A DNA stretch of 64,000 bases from Epithemia pelagica (lineage: Eukaryota; Protista; Bacillariophyta): the NCBI GenBank assembly GCA_946965045.2, contig OX337232.1:620001-684000 (forward strand), written 5' to 3'. This document shows, in pieces, positions 13,274 through 22,148 of the stretch (positions are counted from its first letter, which is position 1; each line of letters begins with the position of its first letter). The notes beneath the pieces were generated by a model that worked only from the letters and a program-made list of their open reading frames with translations, was not told the origin of the DNA and did not search any database. The translations under genes and the position numbers were made by a program.

Positions 13274-13764
13274 GAGAAGACTCCATGTGTATGTTTTGAG
13301 AGAAGTAACGTACCTCGTTCGGGATCGACATGTTCATAATTTTCTGTGTAGACCAGCCATTACATTCCTTTAAGAGTCCTCTCCATGATTCGATGCTTCC
13401 AATGATTGATATCGCCCCACACAACTGCACATAGGAGTACAAAAGCCATGGTTCCGAGTTTCGAGCACTGCACTAGAGCTAGGTAGGTAGGTAGGGGAGA
13501 GGTAATGTGCGACTGGGAACAGTGACGTGTCCAGCTCGTGACGAATTGGGTTGAACACGCACGCGCGGAGAACAATATAATTGGTGCAAACGTCAAACAT
13601 GCGTCCCATCAGTCTCGATTCTCGATCTCACTTTTTTGAAGCGACGACCCTCCTTTTGATCCGGATCCGTTGTTGTTGTCAGATCTCATCTCTCCTCCTC
13701 TCTTGTCGTTTCGGACCGATTGTTTCCAACTGTTAACATTGACCTAATTAACGACAGGAAACGA

Positions 13765-15231
13765 ATGATGAAGATTCTTTCATCAATCTTGCTTTTGGAA
13801 ACAAGCGCATGGCTGGTCCATGCCTTTGGGACGACCCTGCCGTCGCACCGTCTGTCATCACCCTTTGGTGTGACCACAACACCAACAAGGACCATAACGA
13901 CAACAACAACAAGACCAGACACTACCTTGTTTGCCTTGGGGGAAACTTGGCAAAAGGATTTCACCAGTTTGTTGGACAATTTGGATAAAGTGACGGAAAA
14001 GACGGAATTGGCCAATTTGGTCGAAAAGTTGGATCGAGCCGGAGAATTGGTCAAGGAGGCCGTCGAAGAACGGGTGGAACTATTGCGAGAACAGGGAGGT
14101 TTGTCCTCGCTGGGAGTACCACCCATTGGAGCTCCCAAATTTCCCTCCTTATCCCCGCTGTCCTCCTTTCCCTCCAAAGTAACCGCTCCTCCTTCTCCTA
14201 CTGCGTCGTCTTCTTCTTCCAAGACAACAACAGCAACAACAGCGACCAGTCCTCCAGCGAGTTCCACACCTCCCGCATCCTCCCCACCAGCGCCACCAGC
14301 CACAACCACACCAACACCTCCCAAACCACCCGCCGCCGCCGATATCACAGCATCCTCATCGACCACTTCCACGGACGCCGCCACAACAGGCAATTCGCCA
14401 GACGCATTGGAAACCGCCGTCGAACAAGTCAAGGAAACAGTTTTGGAAATTGAACAAAAAGTCGGTGTCACATCCGCCACAACGTCGTCGTCGTCATCAT
14501 CATCCTCTGCTGGCACTTCCAAATTAGCCACAGCCGTGAATGAATTGGAAGAAGCCATTGCCGATTTGGAACAAGCCGAAGTGGCCAGCAAAGAAGCTAC
14601 CAGTAATTCAAGTCCAGCGGCAGCAGAAGCCGCCAGTCAAAAAGTCGAAGCCTTGCTCAATAAGGGAGAAACCGAATTGGAAAAGGGCATTGCCGATATT
14701 GAAGAAGCTCTCAAAACAACGCCAACAGTGCCGGCATCTCCTCCTCCGGCGGCGGCGGCACTTTCATCGGTTGCCGCACCACCACCCAGTCCTCCTGCCG
14801 CATCCGTTCCGGCAAGTCCACCACCTTCAGCACCAGCCGAAGTTGTCGGGTCGAGCACCGCCACCAGTAGTAGCACGACTACTACCACGGCTGTCACCGA
14901 AAAGGTTGCCTTGGCACACGATTCGGGGACAACGACGACGAACACTGTCCTAGTGTCGACCAAGACCAGTGCCAGCACGGACACGGTCTGGACCATCCTA
15001 GAGGAACCCCATACTACAGCATCCACTATGGATTCGGGAGCCAGCACCGGCATGGTTTGGGAACACGTACCATCTTCGTCGGCATTCCTGACGTTGGACC
15101 CTGACACCACTGCCGTTTTGGATTCCAGTTTCGTCGTGTCAGAGGGTGTCATGCCCCCCGATGCCACCATCTCGGGGGTGGTCGAGGCAGCCACCGCGCT
15201 CTACAATGACCTCCTGGCGCACTACTTGTAG
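13765..15231 (+). CDS. Hypothetical S/T/P/A-rich protein with signal peptide and plastid-type bipartite leader, plus coiled-coil segments
   Basis: MMKILSSILLLETSAWLVHA-F (Phe at +1 after the predicted cleavage), an S/T/R-rich transit-like stretch, then alternating helical E/K/L and low-complexity segments. Confidence 0.65.
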   Translation: MMKILSSILLLETSAWLVHAFGTTLPSHRLSSPFGVTTTPTRTITTTTTRPDTTLFALGETWQKDFTSLLDNLDKVTEKTELANLVEKLDRAGELVKEAVEERVELLREQGGLSSLGVPPIGAPKFPSLSPLSSFPSKVTAPPSPTASSSSSKTTTATTATSPPASSTPPASSPPAPPATTTPTPPKPPAAADITASSSTTSTDAATTGNSPDALETAVEQVKETVLEIEQKVGVTSATTSSSSSSSSAGTSKLATAVNELEEAIADLEQAEVASKEATSNSSPAAAEAASQKVEALLNKGETELEKGIADIEEALKTTPTVPASPPPAAAALSSVAAPPPSPPAASVPASPPPSAPAEVVGSSTATSSSTTTTTAVTEKVALAHDSGTTTTNTVLVSTKTSASTDTVWTILEEPHTTASTMDSGASTGMVWEHVPSSSAFLTLDPDTTAVLDSSFVVSEGVMPPDATISGVVEAATALYNDLLAHYL

Positions 15232-15558
15232 TTTCATACGATGCACATGTCCCCTCGACGGTCGTCGCCTTTTGTTTCAAAACTGTCTATACTACTTTAG
15301 CAATCCCTCCTTCTTGTTTGCCCAATAGTAGAGATAGTATACTGAAGGATTGTCTTCTAGAGGAATGATTTTGATCGTAGAGAGTTACTTCTACATCGAA
15401 TCGCTTGCAGCGCAATCTATGGGTGTAGTGTTCAACAGACAGAAAAGTTTGACTTTTTCCTGCCAATCAAGCTTGCTAGCATCAAACACGACCGCCGTAT
15501 CAACGAGCCTCCATCACGTGTCGTTCACCAAGATAGAACATGTGAGACGCACTATGAT

Positions 15559-16932
15559 CTACCTGCAGAGTTTTCGAAGAATTGACTTCTTCGTTGCAAC
15601 CAAATGCCTGGTCAAAGCGTTACCTTGAGGTATTTTCGCCTTCAAGTCGTCAAGCAAGGAGTCAAGGAACGGCTCAACGACTTGTCTTCGCGTTTGCTCA
15701 TCTTCAAATGTACCTCCTTTAGGCACTTGAAGGGCCGGGATTTCTGCCGGAGCCCATGATTGAATTTGACCAGAGAGTTTTTCCTGCTCGGCGACTTTTT
15801 GCTCGTCGTCAATCTCGTTTTCGCTATCGAATGGACCATGAACAGCATGAAGGAAGTTGCCATCATGAACTACTGTGTTTCGGTCTGGTGGCCAACTCAG
15901 CAGCGTGCTCGATGGGACTGTTTGGACAAAAAAGCTCAGTCCCGATAAAATTCTGCAAATGGCTTCAGTTCGAAGCTCTTGCGAGTAATGATTGCTGTTG
16001 TTCTTTCCACCAAAAAGATCCCGTTCCCAATGTACATTCCATTTTCGGCTATTGACGACGAGCAATTCATTAAGCACCTTCATCCCAACTTGGGACCAGC
16101 GATACTGAAGTCCCTCTTGGCCATTACTGATGCTCATGCCTTTTGAGATCAAAAGGGCAGTGAGTCCCTCCGCTTGCTTATAAATGCAAGTTTCGGCCAT
16201 TGACTGGAAAGTTGCAGGTGTCAAAGCAACACGTATGCCGTTGACGTTATTGGTGAGAACCGCTATAGATTTGTTCTGGGCCGTGACGTTATTGGTGAGA
16301 ACCGCAATATATTTGTTCTGGGCCGTGACGTTATTGGTGAGAACCGCAATATATTTGTTCTGGGCCGTGACGTTATTGGTGAGAACCGCAATAGAGTTGT
16401 TCTGGGCTTCCAGTTGAGCTTCGAACGACATCGCAATAGATTTGTTCTGGGCTTCCAGTTGAGCTTCGAACGACATCTTCAGAGCTTCGTAGTCTGCCTT
16501 CCGCGATTTTTCGTTCTCCATCTTCTGGGCTTCGAGCTTCGTAACGCTACTGTTGAGAGCTTGCTCGAGAGCCGCAATAGATTTAACGCTACTGTTGAGA
16601 GCTTGCTCGAGAGCCGCAATAGAATTGCGCAGAGCTTCGTTTTCAGTCTTCAACGACGTGTTCATCTCATCGAGTATCTGAGCCATTGTCTCGTAAAGCA
16701 CGGGGCGTTCGCAATTGCGAAGTGATTTGCAAGGTTCAATGTCGCTCGCATTCTTGTACATCAGTACGCTGCTTGACATGGCAAAAAGTGGTCGTGGTGA
16801 GGAGTGGAAGAACCTTGGCGATGTGAACGGTACGTTAGTTGAAGCCCATGGAGAATGCAGAGCAAAACAGGATGGAGCCAGAAGAGCAACCAAGGAAAGA
16901 AGAAAAGGCACAAGAAATGATGGAAGCTTCAT
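15559..16932 (-). CDS. Uncharacterised coiled-coil + helical-domain family, copy 1 (signal/plastid-like leader; RNTVVH motif)
   Basis: Intact ORF from MKLPSFLVPFLLSLVALLAPSCFA. The C-terminal domain (MAETCIYKQAEGLT...EAICRILSGLSFFVQTVPSS.LLSWPPDRNTVVHDG...LCR) is clearly homologous to 44757-45734 and 50501-51330. Confidence 0.8.
   Translation of the reverse strand: MKLPSFLVPFLLSLVALLAPSCFALHSPWASTNVPFTSPRFFHSSPRPLFAMSSSVLMYKNASDIEPCKSLRNCERPVLYETMAQILDEMNTSLKTENEALRNSIAALEQALNSSVKSIAALEQALNSSVTKLEAQKMENEKSRKADYEALKMSFEAQLEAQNKSIAMSFEAQLEAQNNSIAVLTNNVTAQNKYIAVLTNNVTAQNKYIAVLTNNVTAQNKSIAVLTNNVNGIRVALTPATFQSMAETCIYKQAEGLTALLISKGMSISNGQEGLQYRWSQVGMKVLNELLVVNSRKWNVHWERDLFGGKNNSNHYSQELRTEAICRILSGLSFFVQTVPSSTLLSWPPDRNTVVHDGNFLHAVHGPFDSENEIDDEQKVAEQEKLSGQIQSWAPAEIPALQVPKGGTFEDEQTRRQVVEPFLDSLLDDLKAKIPQGNALTRHLVATKKSILRKLCR
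16242..16623. repeat. Intragenic 42- and 45-bp tandem repeats encoding 14/15-aa coiled-coil units
   Basis: AQNK[SY]IAVLTNNVT ~x4, SFEAQLEAQN[KN]SIA x2 and SIAALEQALNSSV[KT] x2, all visible as nucleotide repeats. Confidence 0.9.
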
Positions 16933-17399
16933 GGCTTTGCTTTCGAACGGTGTAGCTACTTGCGGAAATCCCGCCAGAACAATTCTATCAAGAGTCAAGA
17001 GCCAAGGGATGAAGTTGTGAGTTGTGAGAGTTCTGTTGTGCGAGCATCGAGCATTCGACTTTCGACGACCCCGATGAATTTTCACGGTGAGCTGTTCTGC
17101 CGTAGGGACACTACTGGGACTGAGTAGTAGTATTACGTTGTATGTTGTACGTGTATGTTGTATGTTGTATGTGCAGTGTCACTGTGGACTATATTGTATG
17201 GTATGAGATGAAGACGGCCACACTCACACTCTACCCTCTACCTTGGACCTTGGCAGGAAAGAGAGCCTCCTAGTCTACTCTCTGTAGCTTGAAGAGTACG
17301 AGTATCCATTGGGATGTGCTCCTTGAGGCTTGAGGGAGGCGGAGCTACCGGTGATTTTACATTCACAGGAAATCGGGGAATGGTGCAAAGTAGCGCACT

Positions 17400-18110
17400 C
17401 TACAATACACAATACACAATACGTAGCGCCCAAATGAACATAAGCACTTTTGAGGCTCACTTGCGCTCTAAGTTTCTCCATGAGCCTTGTCCCTCCCCTC
17501 CGGCAATGACACTTCATTACTACTCATATCTCGTATGTGTATAGGGTTTAGGAGTAGGTACTTCCTTCGTTCACTCAGAAGTTCCATGAGCCTCGTCTAT
17601 GGCAATTGGCAATAAACGCTTCAGCTTCAGTCTTCAGTCGTCTTACTGCGTCTACCTCTAAAGTCTAAAGAGCAGTTATTAGCAGTGCCTCTTCTCCTTA
17701 CCATACTATTAGAGCTCTCTACTACTCCTACTACTCCTTTTGTAGCTCTAGTAGTCGAAGGCGGATATGCGGGATATGCGATTTGCAAAAAGACTACTGT
17801 CCGATCCGGTGGGTGGTATAAGGCCATTCCTTCAAAGATCGGTCATGTTAAAGACTCGTAATCATAAAGAGTGACTATTAGGATCCTCTAGCCTAGAGGT
17901 CTATGTCTCGCTAAATCCTCGCTCACAAACGCGACCATTTCTCGGTCCCCTCGCGAATCCATAGTCCGATTATTAGGGTATTCGTGCTTCATCTCCTATT
18001 CTCGTTCAGTTAGCTCCAAAACCTGCTTATAGCTCATCTTCAATCGAGTGTATCCTAGAACTCCGAACGTCTCTCAAAAAGCTATCCGAAAGTCTTTCAT
18101 TTGACTTTTT
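17400..18110 (-). pseudogene. Decayed ORF with multiple in-frame stops in TpA-rich sequence
   Basis: One minus-strand frame reads protein-like (ETFGVLGYTRLKMSYKQVLELTERE*EMKHEYP...HRPLG*RILIVTLYDYESLT*PIFEGMALYHPPD...) but is broken by TAG/TGA. Its origin is unidentified and its boundaries are approximate. Confidence 0.45.
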
Positions 18111-18730
18111 CAGGCCTTCATAGCGAAATGAGAGACATTCGGGGAAACTTTCGTTTTTAGGGATAGGGTCAAACTTGGGAATGCAGTTGAAGTGGCACTG
18201 ACAAGACAGCTAGGGTCATTTTCTTTAAGAAGAGTCAATATGGAAGAGTAATGGAGACATCGACGGTCACTGGATGGTCTGTCCGGATGTCAGTCTAATT
18301 TTTGAAAGTTTCTCCGAACGTCTGTCATGAAAGTCCCTCATTTCACTCCTCTCGAGCAGAACCCAGAGGGTTTTTTGTGTTCCAAAGGATGAAAAGTTGT
18401 TGTCGGGCATTTTCAGTGCGGAGCCAAGTCACGAAAAACCAGGACTCACTGCACCCTCCGCACCGATGAAAAGCATTCTCTCTCAACAACGAGGAGAAGT
18501 GAGAAGAAGGGAAATGGTATACTAGACGAAACAGGAAGTGTTTACAACAAGTAATGAATGAAACGGGGGTTCAGTATTCAGTACCCCACTGAAGCACTTC
18601 AACACACAGTTTTGCTAATTTAGGAGTGTAACGAGGAGAGCAAAAGAGAGCATTTACAATCCTACAATCCTACCGTTGACAAACATTAAAGCCACGTTGT
18701 AAGCCACGGCCGAACAAGAGTCGTTGTACC

Positions 18731-20413
18731 ATGCCGCACATGTTTGTGAACCGTACCCGGTATCATACGGGCGTCGTGATGCCCTACTCTTCTGCGTACG
18801 AGGACTACAGGCAACACCGTCGTCAACGACGACGACAAGAACGTCCTCGGCCTTTATTGCTCGACTTGCGACGGTTTCCATCGTGGCCTCCTCCTGGAAA
18901 ATGGAAAAGTCAACGGAAACTGCATCATCAACAGCAACAACAACAACAGCAAGATTGGCTGTCCACGGAAGAACAAGAGTCGCAAGCAGAACCGCAACCA
19001 GACGAGGCGCTGCTGGCTCTCCTCCCACTCGGCTCACCTTCACCAGTCGATGAAGAGTGGTCATTGTCGTTGTTGCACCCTCTTCTCTTGACGGAGCACT
19101 TCTTTTGGGAAACCTTCAATACGGCGGCCTACGAGTTGGGAGGCATCATCTTTATTCTCGGCTCGGTGGCTTTTTTACCGGCCTTTCACGCCTATCTGCC
19201 GGTCGGCGTCTATCTCTTTATCATTGGGAGCCTCCTCTATTTGATTGTTGCAGCACATGATACCTTTGAAGTCCTACAAGCGGCCGAAGAAGCCGAGGAT
19301 GACGACGACGATGATGATGAGGACGACAAGAGTAACGACAAAGATTCATCGGCACAAGACGACGACGACGATGCGGCATCAGCAAGCACGAGCAAACGTA
19401 CCAGTGGCCACAACGATGGCAAGCACTTTAGTCGCCGGACGCGATATCGATTGGATCTTGCAGCCGCTTTGATCTACGTCGCTGGCTCAATTCTCTTTAT
19501 ACTAGGAAGTCTGGTCTTTTTACCATCGATCGAACAGGCCAAACTCGGGGCCGTATTGTTCATTGTTGGAAGCCTTTTGTTTGCGGTCGGCGCGCTCATC
19601 AACATGGTGCAAATCTTTGAATCACACGACCGCGCGGCTGCCTCGTTACTGACGGCGCTCTTGGCCAATTTGACGGCCGCCTTTTATTTGATTGGATCGA
19701 CCATGTTTGGGGTCGCCTCGGTCCCCTACCTGTTTGACTTTGAAGCGACCGCAGACGCCAATCTGATTTTTACCTTTTTGGGATGGAATTACATTGTGGG
19801 AAGTATCGCCTTTACCGTGGGAGGGACCATGAATTATATGCGGGCACGCATTGTCTTGCGCGAGCAACTGGCCCTCTATGAGGCACGGGCCAAGGCCCAA
19901 GAAGAGAAGCATCTCCGTCATGTCCACAAGCAACAGCAGCAACAACAATATGCCTACAACAATACCTGGTCGGCGGAAACGTCGTCCACTCTCTTGTATC
20001 ACCGACCCGAGTCACAGGCCCCTAGTACAAAGATCGAATCGACCCCCAACAATAACACGGCAGGGTCGGACGACGCTCATCACGCGACATGCACTCGTGT
20101 CCTGTGGAAGGACGACTTGGTGCCAGCGCAAGCATCCGTGCACGGAGCGGCAGCAAGTGGGAAGCAGCAACCGAGTCTTTTGCAAACAAGCGCAACGACT
20201 GCACCATTGATGGAGATTTTTCAGGTGGATCCAACAGTGCGGACGACGACGACAACAACAACAACGACGGATGCTTCCAGCCCCGATGAAACAACGAGTT
20301 TGTTATCCAATCCAACAAGTAGGCAATCGAGCAACACAAGGCTCAATTACAGTTGGGATGACAAGCGTTCGAGCAACCTGACAAGCGCCACCTCAAGCAA
20401 AGACAAAAGATAG
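18731..20413 (+). CDS. YrhK-like repeat multi-pass membrane protein
   Basis: Repeated G(G/S)IxF(I/V)xGS helices (YELGGIIFILGSVAFLP, YVAGSILFILGSLVFLP, LFIVGSLLFAVG, YIVGSIAFTVGG) with acidic and Q/T-rich linkers. Confidence 0.75.
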   Translation: MPHMFVNRTRYHTGVVMPYSSAYEDYRQHRRQRRRQERPRPLLLDLRRFPSWPPPGKWKSQRKLHHQQQQQQQQDWLSTEEQESQAEPQPDEALLALLPLGSPSPVDEEWSLSLLHPLLLTEHFFWETFNTAAYELGGIIFILGSVAFLPAFHAYLPVGVYLFIIGSLLYLIVAAHDTFEVLQAAEEAEDDDDDDDEDDKSNDKDSSAQDDDDDAASASTSKRTSGHNDGKHFSRRTRYRLDLAAALIYVAGSILFILGSLVFLPSIEQAKLGAVLFIVGSLLFAVGALINMVQIFESHDRAAASLLTALLANLTAAFYLIGSTMFGVASVPYLFDFEATADANLIFTFLGWNYIVGSIAFTVGGTMNYMRARIVLREQLALYEARAKAQEEKHLRHVHKQQQQQQYAYNNTWSAETSSTLLYHRPESQAPSTKIESTPNNNTAGSDDAHHATCTRVLWKDDLVPAQASVHGAAASGKQQPSLLQTSATTAPLMEIFQVDPTVRTTTTTTTTTDASSPDETTSLLSNPTSRQSSNTRLNYSWDDKRSSNLTSATSSKDKR

Positions 20414-20924
20414 TGGAAGCACGTGCGGTTGATGTGTAAGGCAACGGAGTGACACTAACAAGACCTTGTAGCCATCCAATGACGTTGATTGTGCCAACAG
20501 TATGAGTCAGCTTGTGGTTACTAACGCTTGTAGCTGGCTAGCTGAGGATCATAGGTGGTAGAGATCCCAAACAGCGACGCCTGTAATAGAATAGATCTCT
20601 CATCAGTCTACAAATCTTGCACATTCCTGCTGTCGTTTGGGTGAGAGTACTTCCGACTAAGTTGTGGTGCACTTTCAGCTCAAACATGACGCCTACTATA
20701 AATCAAACCAAAAGAGCACTCATATCACATCTAACAAAATGCGTCAAAGGCAAAGTGTTTTCTACATGGGGACAAATGCATGAGCACTGTACGATTTGAT
20801 CTGAATACATCCGCCCCAGCGTGAGCTCCCAAAGACTATGCCACAAGTTGTGGATACTATTAGTCTATAAAGCCATCCGTTAAGACTAAATCCTTGCTAT
20901 CCTGGGACGGGAACGTGGAAGCAA

Positions 20925-21043
20925 ATTCCTCCCATTGATCAGAGTTTCGTAGACCGTGGCTGGACAGGTCGTCTTTTACTTGGCAAGTGCTGTCAAGGAA
21001 TTGGTCGATAATACGTTGGATGCCAACAGCCAATCTATCAACA
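20925..21043 (+). pseudogene. Frameshifted 5' fragment of a MutL-family (PMS2/PMS1-like) gene
   Basis: IPPIDQSFVDR, then a frameshift, then VAGQVVFYLASAVKELVDNTLDANSQSIN. This matches the MutL N-terminal GHKL motif (GQVV...AVKELxxNxLDA). It ends at a GTACGT donor and no continuation is recognisable. Confidence 0.7.
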
Positions 21044-21593
21044 GTACGTACCGGAGAGAGAGCACGTGTGCCTGTGTTTTGTTGAGCCTCTGGTGCCACT
21101 GGCTCTTATCAGTGGCAACTCTTTTGAATCGTGGGGAAGTAGAATGGGATATGGGTCGATTTCCTCTTTCTCTGACGGAAGAGAATCGGGATGAATTAAG
21201 AGAAAGAATTGATAAAAGGCGCAATGCAGCTGTTCGAATCATCCGTGAATTTGCTAGTCAGGAAACTGATTGGCTGTCCTGGGCCAAGCTTGATGAATTG
21301 AAGAACGATGAACCGAAGACAAGAAAGGAAGAGAACTCAAAACCGAGACATTTTGATTTCTCTTTTTTCTTTCCTTCGGTTCAACTTTATCTGTTTTGGT
21401 GTGGGTATCTCGTCACGAACTTTTTAGGCGCCTACACTACGGTCGTTGTTAGAGAAACGATTGGAAGGATATCGCTCCTCGCACGCCCGCCTGTTCCAAC
21501 CCATGGCATGATTGCGATATGAGCGGCCGCCGTTCAGCGACAACGAACAAGATGCCAATGTCGACGAACAAGAGGAAGTGGCCCTGGCACCAC

Positions 21594-21720
21594 CCCCCAT
21601 TGCAATGGCCAATCCCCCCCCCCATTGCAATGGCCAATCCATCCTTAATTTCTTCTGTCTCACTCCGATGACAACCAGCTAGATGCTGTTCTTCTGTCTC
21701 ACTCCGATGACAACCAGCAA
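21594..21720. repeat. Two short tandem duplications
   Basis: CCCCCATTGCAATGGCCAATCC x2, then TTCTTCTGTCTCACTCCGATGACAACCAGC x2. Confidence 0.85.
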
Positions 21721-21803
21721 GGTGCTGTCGGGATCAGAGGGATCTGATATAAACATGTCTTCGAACACGCATTCAGTATATAGATTCTCTTTTGTCGCAT
21801 TTG

Positions 21804-22148
21804 TCAAAATATGAGACCGGATGATTCACCGACGGACACACATGCCGATCATTTTTTTTCATTCGCACTTGCATGGACCACACTAGAGCAAAGAGTACCC
21901 GTACCATTGAGTCGCCGAACATATTGAAGCTCTTCTTGACCATTATTATTGATCTCCGTGCCTTTAGAGCTCAAAAGGGACGTGAGTCCTTCCGCTTGTT
22001 TGTAGATGCAAGCTTCAGTCATTGCCTGGGTTGTTGCAGGCGAAAAAGCAACACGTATGCGGTTGATCTCTTTTCCGAGCCTCGTTACGTTTTGCTGGAG
22101 AACCGCAATCGATTTGTTAGCTGGAAGCGCAGAAGACGGAGAACGAAG
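21804..22148 (-). pseudogene. Truncated remnant (copy 4) of the coiled-coil + helical-domain family
   Basis: Open frame NKSIAVLQQNVT...IRVAFSPATTQAMTEACIYKQAEGLTSLLSSKG...GQEELQY, after which similarity is lost. There is no RxxxxH region and no upstream ATG in frame. Confidence 0.75.

Noticed and set aside
13686-15194. Long antisense ORFs (also 35883-36983, 3010-3636, 19646-20002 and many others)
   Set aside because: Shadows of low-complexity or repeat-rich sense genes; no independent motifs.
17085-17085. ORF-track starts at 17085, 248, 2926, 35706, 57301, 57442 and 27880
   Set aside because: These upstream extensions precede clear signal peptides or better ATGs, so downstream ATGs were used.
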